Assembly (NCBI GenBank): GCA_045599285.1
Contig: JAZRVR010000022.1
Coordinates: forward strand, 23,036 to 87,035
DNA: 64,000 bases
Reading direction: 5' to 3'
DNA from: Paludibacteraceae bacterium
GTDB taxonomy: Bacteria; Bacteroidota; Bacteroidia; Bacteroidales; Paludibacteraceae
This document shows positions 48,094 to 57,080 of this stretch, piece by piece; position 1 is the stretch's first letter, and every line of letters starts with the position of its first letter. The translations under genes and the position numbers were made by a program. The notes below the pieces were generated by a model, which was not told the origin of the DNA, did not search any database, and saw nothing but the letters and a program-made list of their open reading frames with translations.

Positions 48094-48131
48094 AAAATCG
48101 GATTATCCTTGCGTAATCCGATTTTTTTTTG
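48094..48131 (+). terminator. rho-independent terminator after the HMA gene
   Basis: ATCGGATTA-TCCTTGCG-TAATCCGAT followed by T9. Confidence 0.8.
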
Positions 48132-48139
48132 TACCTTTG
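48108..48139 (+). promoter_or_regulatory. sigma-A type promoter for gldD, overlapping the preceding terminator
   Basis: CTTG-CGTAATCCGATTTTTTTTTG-TACCTTTG with a 20-nt spacer; the ATG is 10 nt after the -7 box. Confidence 0.5.
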
Positions 48140-48148
48140 CGCCCTAAT

Positions 48149-48736
48149 ATGAAACATCAGCTTTTCTACATACTGTGTCTCTGTTTGTGCATGCTTTCAT
48201 GTACACATCAGGGTATGCCTAAGCCGTATGGCTATTATCGGATTGCTACGCCTGATACTGCCTATATTTGGTTTAGCGAAAGTCCCGACACGCATATTCG
48301 CTACCCTTATCAGTTCGCCTTGTCTCGCAATGCTGAGGTGAGGGAGCATGCTCGTCCGGGTGACAAGTATTGGATTGATATTCATTATCCTACGATGAAT
48401 ATGGATATCCATTGTTCCTATAAACCGGTGTCCGGTAATCTGCGCGAACTTTCCGATGACGCCATCGAGTTTGTTTACAAGCATGCCTCGCACGCGTCAG
48501 CAATTCCTGAGAGAGATTTCTCTAATCCGGACGCTCATGTGTATGGTGTTCTCTTTACCCTTGAGGGCAATACCGCGTCTCCGTATCAGTTTGTGCTTAC
48601 GGATTCGGTACGGCATTTCTTCCGCGGGTCGGTTTATTGTAATTGTCGCCCCAATGCGGACTCGCTGGCTCCTGTGCATGATTATATAGAGAAGGATGTC
48701 ATTCGTTTGGTCGAAACCTTTACGTGGAATGAATAG
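48149..48736 (+). CDS. gldD: gliding-motility/T9SS-associated lipoprotein GldD
   Basis: Lipobox LCMLSC. Blocks MPKPYGYYRI, IHYPTMNMDIHCSYKPVSGNL, LTDSVRHFFRGSVY...PNADSLAPV...DVIRLVETFTW align with my memory of Flavobacterium johnsoniae GldD. Confidence 0.8.
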   Translation: MKHQLFYILCLCLCMLSCTHQGMPKPYGYYRIATPDTAYIWFSESPDTHIRYPYQFALSRNAEVREHARPGDKYWIDIHYPTMNMDIHCSYKPVSGNLRELSDDAIEFVYKHASHASAIPERDFSNPDAHVYGVLFTLEGNTASPYQFVLTDSVRHFFRGSVYCNCRPNADSLAPVHDYIEKDVIRLVETFTWNE

Positions 48737-49403
48737 TGTGCTGCAAAATAGTGCCCGAGCCTTGGCGGTTTTGGTTGATCCCGAGAAGGCGTTGATTCCT
48801 ACATTGGCAGAGCGTGTACAGCGCGTTCAGTCGTTGGGATTGTCGGTGGATTGTGTGCTGCTGGGTGGTAGCACGGGTTCACTCGTGGATACTCATGTTT
48901 TTGCAGAGGGGGCCTCCTTGGATCTGCCGGTTTATCTCTTCCCAGGCAACGCTACACAGCTCTCGCCCATGGCGGACGCGTTACTTCTTCCGGTGGTCAT
49001 CTCCGGTCGAAATGCCGAGACGCTGATTGGACGGCATGTGGCGGCGGCACCACTCATTCGCTCACTTCAGATACCTGTCATCCCGATGGGATATATGTTG
49101 TTGGACGGAGGACACGTGAGTAGCGCCGCACGCAATAGCGGTACGGCTCCTATCTCTCAGGATGATTTGTCGTTGATTGTCAATACGGCTATAGCCGGTC
49201 AATTGGTGGGTATGCAATGTATCTATCTTGAGGCAGGCAGCGGAGCTGCGGTGCCTGTGTGTGAGGAGGTTATTCGCGCTGTGCGAGGTGCTATCGATTT
49301 GCCTCTGATTGTGGGAGGTGGCATCCGTAGTTTGGAGGCTGTGAAGACTGCTTGGCAAGCAGGAGCAAATATGGTTGTGATAGGTAATGGATTAGAGCAA
49401 TGA
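48729..49403 (+). CDS. PcrB/GGGPS-family prenyl-glyceryl-phosphate synthase homologue
   Basis: 224 aa TIM-barrel-like protein: LVDPEK, VLLGGSTGS, YLEAGSGA, PLIVGGGIRS...NMVVIGN. ATG 48729 overlaps the gldD stop by 8 nt, and its stop overlaps the tadA start by 4 nt. Confidence 0.7.
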   Translation: MNSVLQNSARALAVLVDPEKALIPTLAERVQRVQSLGLSVDCVLLGGSTGSLVDTHVFAEGASLDLPVYLFPGNATQLSPMADALLLPVVISGRNAETLIGRHVAAAPLIRSLQIPVIPMGYMLLDGGHVSSAARNSGTAPISQDDLSLIVNTAIAGQLVGMQCIYLEAGSGAAVPVCEEVIRAVRGAIDLPLIVGGGIRSLEAVKTAWQAGANMVVIGNGLEQ

Positions 49404-49837
49404 CCGAAGACGAGAGATATATGTCTATTGCCTTGCATGAGGCTGAACTGGCAGCAGAGGCAGACGAGGTGCCGGTTGGATGTGTGGTGGTTTGCGATGG
49501 TCAAATCGTAGGACGCGGACATAACTTGACCGAGACCTTGCAGGATGTGACGGCGCACGCCGAGATGCAAGCCATCACGGCGGCTGCACAGACCTTGGGC
49601 GGCAAGTATCTGCAAGGGTGCTCATTGTATGTTACCGTCGAGCCTTGCGTGATGTGCGCAGGTGCCATCGGGTGGGCGCAAATTGCTAAGGTGGTTTATG
49701 GATGTGCCGACGAGAAGCGTGGATTCAGCACGTATGCTCCGCATGCTCTCCATCCTAAGACGCAGATTATCAGTGGTGTGCTCGAACCTGAGTGTCGAGA
49801 ATTGATGCAGAGTTTTTTTAAGAATAAACGCAAGTGA
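49400..49837 (+). CDS. tadA: tRNA adenosine(34) deaminase
   Basis: 145 aa with the CDA zinc motifs HAEMQAI and PCVMCAGA. Confidence 0.9.
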   Translation: MTEDERYMSIALHEAELAAEADEVPVGCVVVCDGQIVGRGHNLTETLQDVTAHAEMQAITAAAQTLGGKYLQGCSLYVTVEPCVMCAGAIGWAQIAKVVYGCADEKRGFSTYAPHALHPKTQIISGVLEPECRELMQSFFKNKRK

Positions 49838-49838
49838 T

Positions 49839-51728
49839 ATGAAGATGAATGATGTGACGCGCAATGTGCTCAAGGTGGTTGCATTGGTTGCTTTAGCCGT
49901 ATTTATTGTATATCTTTTTCCTCGTTACGATAATACCTTCCCCTACCATGTGGAGGTGGGAAAACCGTGGGGGTACGAGCGCTTGACTGCGGAGTTTGAC
50001 TTCCCTATCTACAAGACGGAACAGCAGATTGATCAGGAGCGTCAGGATTTGCTTGCTGATTTTTCGCCATACTATGTGTATATTGACGAGTCCTCTGATC
50101 ATCGCGTCTTGGTGCTCCCTCTTCAGGAGATGGAACGCCTGCGAAAAGATAACTGCCAGCATATCGTTGTCGTAGATCGCCGAGTCGCTACGACTTATTC
50201 GTTATCAGAGGTTTATACACCAAAAACGGCTTTCGAACATTTCCATGCAGATGTGTCGCCTTCGATTGTCTTGGATACGGTTATGACCAATCAGATGCGA
50301 GCTAATCTGTTGGAGTCGATATCCTTGACGCAAGGCGTGGTGCAGACCGGCGAGAAGATTATTGATCGTGGCGAGATAGTGTCTGAGTCTGATTATCAGA
50401 TTCTGATGTCTCTGCGCCGAGCACGCGAGGATGCCAAGGTTTCCTTGAAGCAGCGTATCTTATCTACAGCCGGCAAGGCTACGCTGGTGTGTGTGTTCCT
50501 GTTGCTTTTTGTCCTATACCTCTATGTTTTCCGTCCTAAGTTGTTGGAGGAGTTGCCCACAGTTCTATTCTCGTGCCTGCTGTCCGGCATCATTATTGCG
50601 CTGTCTTGCCTATTGATTCACTATCTGCCGCAGTTTGTGTTCATTATTCCATTTGCTTGGGTACCAATTATCACGCGTGTCTTTTATGATTCGCGAACGG
50701 CTCTTTTCTTGCATATCATCACGGTCATGATAGTCTCGTTGGTGGTGCCTGCACCTTTCGAGTTCGTTTTGATTCAGATAGCCATTGGTATGGTGGCAGT
50801 TAGTAGCCTGAATGATATGACCCGGCGCGCACAATTGGCGCAGACTGCCGGATGGATTTTGGTCGTTTATGCCCTGACCTACACGGCATTGCAGTTGGCT
50901 ACCACGGGTGATATGCACTCGATTGATCCATACCAGTATCTCTATTTTGCCATCAATGCCATTCTTGTCATTTGCGCATACGGACTGATTTTCCTCTTCG
51001 AGCGAACCTTCAATCTGTTGAGCGCCATCACATTGGTTGAGTTGACCGACCTCAATTCTATTTTGCTTCGTGATTTGGCAGAGAAGGCTCCTGGTACTTT
51101 CCAGCATTCTATGCAGGTGAGCAATCTGGCTGCTGAGGCGGCTAAAAAGATTGGTGCGAAAGTTCTTCTGGTGCGTACAGGTGCTCTCTATCATGATATT
51201 GGTAAACTGACTAAGCCGGAGTATTTTACAGAGAATCAGCAGGATGCTCATAATCCTCTGCTGGATTTTTCTCCACAGGAAGCTGCCAAGGTCATTATCT
51301 CGCATGTCACGGATGGTGTGCAATTGGCACGCCAGCACCGCCTGCCTGCTGTCATTGTCAATTTCATACAGACCCACCATGGCACCACCGTGACTCGCTA
51401 TTTCTACAATACCTATGTCAATCAGCATCAGGGTGAGGAGGTGGATATACTTCCTTTCCAATATCCTGGACCTCGTCCTACTACCAAAGAGGCTGCTATT
51501 CTCATGATGGCTGATGTCATCGAGGCTTGTTCGCGCAGTCTGACCACTTATACCGAATCTTCTATCTCGAGCATGGTGGACAAGATGATTGATCAGATGG
51601 TGCAGGAGGGACAATTTGCTGATACTCCGTTGTCGTTCAAGGATGTTGAGTCGATTCGTCAGGTCTTCAAGACTCGTTTGATTGCCATCAATCACCATCG
51701 TATCCAGTACCCAACTATCAATAAGTAA
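49839..51728 (+). CDS. 7TM-HD membrane phosphohydrolase (PgpH/YqfF-like HDIG protein)
   Basis: 629 aa: N-terminal TM helix plus extracytoplasmic domain, a 7-TM block, and a C-terminal HD domain (HSMQVSNLA...LYHDIGKL...HHG). Confidence 0.8.
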   Translation: MKMNDVTRNVLKVVALVALAVFIVYLFPRYDNTFPYHVEVGKPWGYERLTAEFDFPIYKTEQQIDQERQDLLADFSPYYVYIDESSDHRVLVLPLQEMERLRKDNCQHIVVVDRRVATTYSLSEVYTPKTAFEHFHADVSPSIVLDTVMTNQMRANLLESISLTQGVVQTGEKIIDRGEIVSESDYQILMSLRRAREDAKVSLKQRILSTAGKATLVCVFLLLFVLYLYVFRPKLLEELPTVLFSCLLSGIIIALSCLLIHYLPQFVFIIPFAWVPIITRVFYDSRTALFLHIITVMIVSLVVPAPFEFVLIQIAIGMVAVSSLNDMTRRAQLAQTAGWILVVYALTYTALQLATTGDMHSIDPYQYLYFAINAILVICAYGLIFLFERTFNLLSAITLVELTDLNSILLRDLAEKAPGTFQHSMQVSNLAAEAAKKIGAKVLLVRTGALYHDIGKLTKPEYFTENQQDAHNPLLDFSPQEAAKVIISHVTDGVQLARQHRLPAVIVNFIQTHHGTTVTRYFYNTYVNQHQGEEVDILPFQYPGPRPTTKEAAILMMADVIEACSRSLTTYTESSISSMVDKMIDQMVQEGQFADTPLSFKDVESIRQVFKTRLIAINHHRIQYPTINK

Positions 51729-51730
51729 TC

Positions 51731-52732
51731 ATGGCACAGTATCCGCTCTATTTGGCTCCTATGGAGGATGTTACCGATCCTGCTTTCCGACTGCTCTGCA
51801 AGCGGTTCGGTGCCGATCGTGTCTATACCGAGTTTGTCAATGCCGACGCACTCGTGCGAGATGTCGCATCCACTACGCGCAAGCTGCAAATATCGGATGC
51901 CGAGCGTCCGGTTGCTATACAGATTTATGGTCGCGAACCGGAATCCATGGCTGATGCGGCGCGTATAGTGGAGCAGGCGCACCCCGATTTTATTGACATC
52001 AATTTTGGTTGCCCCGTCAAAAAGGTGGCTGGCAAGGGCGCTGGTGCCGGATTGCTGCGAGACGTGCCCAAGATGCTACGCATCACCCGTGCTGTCGTGG
52101 ATGCCGTGAACACACCCGTCACCGTCAAAACGCGTTTGGGATGGGATGAGGACAACAAGATTATCGTGGATCTGGCCGAGGCGTTACAAGATTGTGGTAT
52201 CCGCGAATTGGCTATCCACGGACGTACACGTTGCCAGATGTATCGCGGCGATGCGGATTGGACGTTGATTGGACAGGTGAAAAATAATCCGCGCATGCGT
52301 ATTCCTATTATTGGTAATGGAGATGTCACCACGCCCGAGCGAGCCAAGGAGTGTTTCGACCGCTATGGAGTGGATGCCATCATGGTGGGACGAGCCACTT
52401 TCGGTTGCCCTTGGATTTTTGAGGATATGAAAGAATACTTCGTTCATGGTACATCTGTAAATCGTTCATTGTCTTGGTGTACTTCCATTCTCAGGGAGCA
52501 TGTCGATGCTTCGATTGCCTGGATTGGTGACGAGCGCAAGGGAATCGTGCACAGCCGACGCCATTTTGCAGCTTCGCCTGTTTACAAAGGGTTGCCGGAT
52601 TTCCGCCAAACGCGTATCGCCCTTCTCCGTGCAGAGAGTAGGGAAGAGGTCTTCGCCATCATGGATCAGATTGTGGAGCGATATGCCCCCATCTATGACC
52701 AAATCCGTAATGGCAAATGGCCAAACGAATAA
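51731..52732 (+). CDS. dusB: tRNA dihydrouridine synthase
   Basis: LAPMEDVTDPAFR, DINFGCPVKKV, HGRTR. Confidence 0.88.
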   Translation: MAQYPLYLAPMEDVTDPAFRLLCKRFGADRVYTEFVNADALVRDVASTTRKLQISDAERPVAIQIYGREPESMADAARIVEQAHPDFIDINFGCPVKKVAGKGAGAGLLRDVPKMLRITRAVVDAVNTPVTVKTRLGWDEDNKIIVDLAEALQDCGIRELAIHGRTRCQMYRGDADWTLIGQVKNNPRMRIPIIGNGDVTTPERAKECFDRYGVDAIMVGRATFGCPWIFEDMKEYFVHGTSVNRSLSWCTSILREHVDASIAWIGDERKGIVHSRRHFAASPVYKGLPDFRQTRIALLRAESREEVFAIMDQIVERYAPIYDQIRNGKWPNE

Positions 52733-52742
52733 ATAATCAATT

Positions 52743-55124
52743 ATGGATCTATTATCACAACTCAATGATAGTCAAGCCGCTGCGGTAGCGTACAATGAGG
52801 GACCGCATCTGGTGATTGCAGGTGCCGGCTCGGGCAAAACACGCGTCTTGACCTATAAAATTGCCTACCTTCTGCAGCAGGGAATGCCTGCCCATCGTAT
52901 CTTGGCACTCACGTTTACCAACAAGGCGGCGCGCGAGATGAAGGAGCGTATCGGCAAGTTGGTAGGCGAGCGCGAAGCGCGTTATCTGTGGATGGGCACT
53001 TTTCATAGTATCTGTGCCAAGATTCTGCGTGCCGAGGCACAGCGTCTGGGATATACGCGCGACTTCAGTATCTACGATACTACCGATAGCAAGTCCCTTA
53101 TCAAGCAGATTCTCAAGGACAAAGGACTGGGCGGAAAGGACGACAAAGTCTATAAGGACAATGCCGTGCTGGGCAAGATTTCGTCCGCCAAAAATGCCCT
53201 CATGACGGCATCGGATTATGCCATGAATGCCAATGTCCAGAAGCAGGATCGCATCGACCGTATGTACGAGATGGCGAATATCTTCCGCGAGTACGAACTC
53301 CGCCTCCGTGCGGCGAATGCTATGGATTTTGATGACCTCTTGGTCAATGTCTGCCGCCTGTTGCGTGCCGATCAGGAGGTGCTCAACCATTATCAGCAGG
53401 TGTTCGAGTATGTCTTGGTGGATGAGTATCAGGATACCAATTATGCTCAGTATCTGCTGGTTAACTTACTGGCTGCGCCACAAAACCGTGTCTGTGTGGT
53501 CGGTGATGATGCTCAATCGATTTACTCCTTCCGTGGAGCGGATATTCGCAATATCCTCAGCTTCCAAAATGGCTATCCGGATGCGCGTCTCTTCAAGTTG
53601 GAGCGCAATTATCGCTCTACCCAAACTATTGTAGAGGCGGCGAATAGTCTCATTCATCACAATCAGAATCAGATTTTTAAGCAGGTTTATTCCGAGAATT
53701 CCGTCGGCGACCGCTTGCAACTCCGCACCTACATGTCCGACCGCGAGGAGGCAGAGGGAGTTGCTCGTCTGGTAGTGGAGGAGCATCGCCTGCGCAAGTT
53801 GTCGCTGGACCAGATTGCGGTTCTCTATCGCACCAATTCGCAGTCGCGTGCCTTCGAGAACGAGTTGCGCAAACTCGGTGTGCCCTATCGCATCTATGGG
53901 GGCACCAGTTTCTACCAGCGCAAAGAGATCAAGGATGCTATCTCCTATTTCCGTCTGGCAGCCAATCCGCAGGACAACGAGGCACTTAATCGTGTCATCA
54001 ATTTCCCACGACGCGGTCTGGGAGACACTACGATTCGCAAGGTCTCCGAGCATGCTTTGCATCTGGGTATCAGCGTGATGGATGTCGTCTCGCATCCTAT
54101 GGAGACGGGGCTGGACGTCAGCGCTTCTGTGCAAAAGCGACTCATGCAGTTTGCTCTCTTGATGCAGCGTTTTGGAGAGGATATAGATGGCAAGGATGCT
54201 TACGAGTTTGCCGAGCAGGTGTTGCGTGAATCGGGCATCATGACCGAGGCAATTATGGATCGCACACCCGAGGGTATTGATCGCAAGCAGAATTTGGACG
54301 AACTCTTGGCCGGCATTCATGATTTCGTGCAGCAACGTCGTGACCAGGGTATCGATTTTACCCCCATCCAGGATTTCTTGGGTGAGGTTGCTTTGTTGAC
54401 CGATCAGGACGAACATACCGATGAACGCACGGCTCGCGTCACCCTCATGACCGTGCATGCTGCAAAGGGATTGGAGTTTCCGGTTGTCTTCATTGTGGGT
54501 TTGGAGGAGAATCTTTTCCCTTCGCAATATTGTACTCGCGCATCAGAGATTGAGGAGGAGCGCCGACTTCTCTATGTTGCCATCACGCGTGCTATGGAGC
54601 GTTGCTACCTGAGTGGTGCGCGCCAGCGATTCAAGAATGGTAGCATCAATTTTGCATCGCCTTCGCGTTTCTTGAATGATATTGACCGCCGCTATCTGCA
54701 GCAGGTGGATACGTTCCAGCCGTCCAATTCCTTTGATCGTCCACGTTGGCAGAATAGTTCCTGGGGTGCAGATTCGTCTTCTTCCCGTCAGTCTGCCGGT
54801 TCTTATTCGTCTCAGTCCTCCGCGTCGCGTACTACCACTACTACTCCCCCATCTCATTTTACGCGACTGAGCTCTAACGCAGGTTCAGATTCCTCTGTTG
54901 GCTTAGGTTTTGTTGCTCCTGCGGAATCTGGTGCCGATTCTGCATCTTCACCCGAGTCCGCAGCACCTTTTGTGCCTAACGACCGCGTGAGCCACCGCGT
55001 CTTTGGTGAAGGTACTGTGCAGCGGGTCTATCGCGAGAATGATAACGACAAGATTGACATCCTCTTTGATGGTCCTGGCAAGAAAACCCTCCTCCTCACC
55101 TTCGCCAAACTGACAAAACTCTAG
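52743..55124 (+). CDS. UvrD/PcrA/Rep-family ATP-dependent DNA helicase with Ser-rich linker and small C-terminal domain
   Basis: 793 aa: LNDSQAAAV, AGAGSGKT, VDEYQDTN, YRST, TVHAAKGLEF, VAITRA. A low-complexity S/T-rich segment follows, then RVSHRVFGEGTVQRV. Confidence 0.88.
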   Translation: MDLLSQLNDSQAAAVAYNEGPHLVIAGAGSGKTRVLTYKIAYLLQQGMPAHRILALTFTNKAAREMKERIGKLVGEREARYLWMGTFHSICAKILRAEAQRLGYTRDFSIYDTTDSKSLIKQILKDKGLGGKDDKVYKDNAVLGKISSAKNALMTASDYAMNANVQKQDRIDRMYEMANIFREYELRLRAANAMDFDDLLVNVCRLLRADQEVLNHYQQVFEYVLVDEYQDTNYAQYLLVNLLAAPQNRVCVVGDDAQSIYSFRGADIRNILSFQNGYPDARLFKLERNYRSTQTIVEAANSLIHHNQNQIFKQVYSENSVGDRLQLRTYMSDREEAEGVARLVVEEHRLRKLSLDQIAVLYRTNSQSRAFENELRKLGVPYRIYGGTSFYQRKEIKDAISYFRLAANPQDNEALNRVINFPRRGLGDTTIRKVSEHALHLGISVMDVVSHPMETGLDVSASVQKRLMQFALLMQRFGEDIDGKDAYEFAEQVLRESGIMTEAIMDRTPEGIDRKQNLDELLAGIHDFVQQRRDQGIDFTPIQDFLGEVALLTDQDEHTDERTARVTLMTVHAAKGLEFPVVFIVGLEENLFPSQYCTRASEIEEERRLLYVAITRAMERCYLSGARQRFKNGSINFASPSRFLNDIDRRYLQQVDTFQPSNSFDRPRWQNSSWGADSSSSRQSAGSYSSQSSASRTTTTTPPSHFTRLSSNAGSDSSVGLGFVAPAESGADSASSPESAAPFVPNDRVSHRVFGEGTVQRVYRENDNDKIDILFDGPGKKTLLLTFAKLTKL

Positions 55125-55175
55125 TCCCCGCATTCTTACCCATCAGAAGATTTGTTGCTTTTTTAGGGCATTCGA

Positions 55176-55208
55176 TAAGGGGTCGGTAAGCACTCGGTAA
55201 GGGGTCGG
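55176..55208. repeat. 11-bp tandem array TAAGGGGTCGG / TAAGCACTCGG / TAAGGGGTCGG
   Basis: Read directly from the sequence, between the helicase stop (55124) and the efp terminator. Confidence 0.85.
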
Positions 55209-55248
55209 CAATGGTACGCTAATCCTACGCTGCGTGCTGGACATATAC

Positions 55249-55278
55249 AAAAACTGCTTAGCAACCACGGGTTGCTAA
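55249..55278 (-). terminator. rho-independent terminator of efp
   Basis: Minus strand reads TTAGCAAC-CCGTG-GTTGCTAA followed by GCAGTTTTTG. Confidence 0.65.
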
Positions 55279-55338
55279 ACAGTTTGCTTTCGTCTCGCGA
55301 CTCTGCGATTCCGTATTCCTCGGTCTCGCGTACATTAC

Positions 55339-55902
55339 TTATCGTACGCGCTCGCAGTAGCTACCATCGCGGGTATCTACGCGGATGAGCTCGCCCTCGT
55401 TGATGAACAGAGGTACGCGAATCTCAGCACCGGTCTCCAGTTTAGCTGGCTTCAGGGTGTTGGTGGCGGTATCGCCCTTCAGACCCGGCTCGGTGTATGC
55501 TACGGTCAGCTCTACCTTGGTTGGCAACTCTGCCAGCAGCACGGTGTCGGTGGACGAGTCGATAACGACGTCGCATACAAAACCCTCCTTCAGGAAGTCA
55601 ACACCATTGATCAGATCGTGAGCGATTGGAATTTGCTCGTAGGTCTCCTGGTTCATGAAGATGTAGTCCTCACCCTCCTGATAGAGGTACTGATATGGAC
55701 GGCGCTCTACGCGTACATCCTCAATCTTCTCACCGATATTGAAGCGCTTCTCCAGTACGCGACCATCTACTACATCCTTGTACTTTACGCGCATGAAGGT
55801 GTTACCCTTACCCGGCTTAACGTGCAGAAACTCAATTACAAAATACAAACGGCCGTTCTCGCGGAAGCATAGACCGTTCTTGACGTCTTGTGCATTAATC
55901 AT
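55339..55902 (-). CDS. efp: elongation factor P
   Basis: 187 aa: [17 protein letters not shown]..., and the C-terminal OB domains. Confidence 0.93.
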   Translation of the reverse strand: MINAQDVKNGLCFRENGRLYFVIEFLHVKPGKGNTFMRVKYKDVVDGRVLEKRFNIGEKIEDVRVERRPYQYLYQEGEDYIFMNQETYEQIPIAHDLINGVDFLKEGFVCDVVIDSSTDTVLLAELPTKVELTVAYTEPGLKGDTATNTLKPAKLETGAEIRVPLFINEGELIRVDTRDGSYCERVR

Positions 55903-55973
55903 ACTTGTATAATTTGTTTAATTGTTTTACGTTTTGCTGGTGATTGATGCCGTTGGCACACAATTTCACGATG

Positions 55974-56005
55974 CAAAGGTACTACAAATTTTTCATATAT
56001 GCAAG
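55974..56005 (-). promoter_or_regulatory. sigma-A type promoter for efp
   Basis: Minus strand reads CTTG-CATATATGAAAAATTTGTAG-TACCTTTG with a 20-nt spacer. Confidence 0.6.
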
Positions 56006-56032
56006 TGAAATGACGAAAAAATCACATTAAGG

Positions 56033-56064
56033 CTTGCATATTCCAGTTTTTTTTCGTAAATTTG
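56033..56064 (+). promoter_or_regulatory. sigma-A type promoter for ddl
   Basis: CTTG-CATATTCCAGTTTTTTTTCG-TAAATTTG with a 20-nt spacer. Confidence 0.55.
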
Positions 56065-56093
56065 CACCCAATTTTGATTAAAGTTCATAGAAT

Positions 56094-57080
56094 ATGAAAC
56101 GCAATATTGCAATCGTAGCCGGCGGAGATAGTTCAGAGCATAAAGTTTCGCTCCGTAGTGCTGCCGGAATCTATAGTTTTTTGGATAAGGAGCGTTACAA
56201 TGTGACCATTGTGCGCATCAAAGGTACCGATTGGGATGTGATTGATGAGTGGCAAATTGCTGAGGACGGAGAGTTCGCGGTTCTGCGCTCTACACCATTG
56301 GACAAGAATACTTTTCCATTCGATTTCGCCTACATCACCATTCATGGTACACCCGGTGAGAACGGCCTCTTGCAGGGCTATTTTGATATGATGCAAGTGC
56401 CATATAGTTGCTGTGGCGTGTTGGCTGCTGCGCTGACTTTCAATAAGTTCGCTTGCAACCACTACCTCAAATCGTTCGACATTCGTATCTCTCCCAGTAT
56501 TCTCCTTCGCCGTGGCGCAGCCCGTCCGTCGGACGAGCAGATTGTGGAGGAGATTGGTCTTCCGTGTTTCATCAAGAGCAACGTGGGTGGCTCGTCATTC
56601 GGTTGCACCAAGGTGAAGACACTCGCTGAGGTGACACCCGCTATCGAGCGTGCCTTCCAAGAGGGCAACGAGGTTATCTGTGAGGCATTCATGCAGGGCA
56701 CCGAGATCACGTGCGGAGCCTATAAGACCAAGGATAAAACTGTCGCATTCCCTATCACAGAGGTAGTGACCAAGAACGAGTTCTTCGACTACGATGCCAA
56801 GTACAAAGGTCAGGTCGATGAGATCACACCGGCGCGTATTCCGGACGATATCCGCGATGCCGTGCAGGCGCTCACTCTCCGAATCTACGACATTATTGGC
56901 TGCCACGGTATCATTCGTACCGACTATATCCTCACGGATAATTGCCGCACCATCAACCTGCTGGAGATCAACACCACACCGGGTATGACGGCTACCTCGT
57001 TCATCCCACAGCAGGTACGTGCTGCAGGACTGAATATCACCGACGTGCTCACCGAAATCATCGAAGATACACTATGCTAG
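56094..57080 (+). CDS. ddl: D-alanine--D-alanine ligase
   Basis: 328 aa: IAIVAGGDSSEHKVSLRSA, HGTPGENG, an ATP-grasp core, and EINTTPGMT. Confidence 0.9.
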   Translation: MKRNIAIVAGGDSSEHKVSLRSAAGIYSFLDKERYNVTIVRIKGTDWDVIDEWQIAEDGEFAVLRSTPLDKNTFPFDFAYITIHGTPGENGLLQGYFDMMQVPYSCCGVLAAALTFNKFACNHYLKSFDIRISPSILLRRGAARPSDEQIVEEIGLPCFIKSNVGGSSFGCTKVKTLAEVTPAIERAFQEGNEVICEAFMQGTEITCGAYKTKDKTVAFPITEVVTKNEFFDYDAKYKGQVDEITPARIPDDIRDAVQALTLRIYDIIGCHGIIRTDYILTDNCRTINLLEINTTPGMTATSFIPQQVRAAGLNITDVLTEIIEDTLC

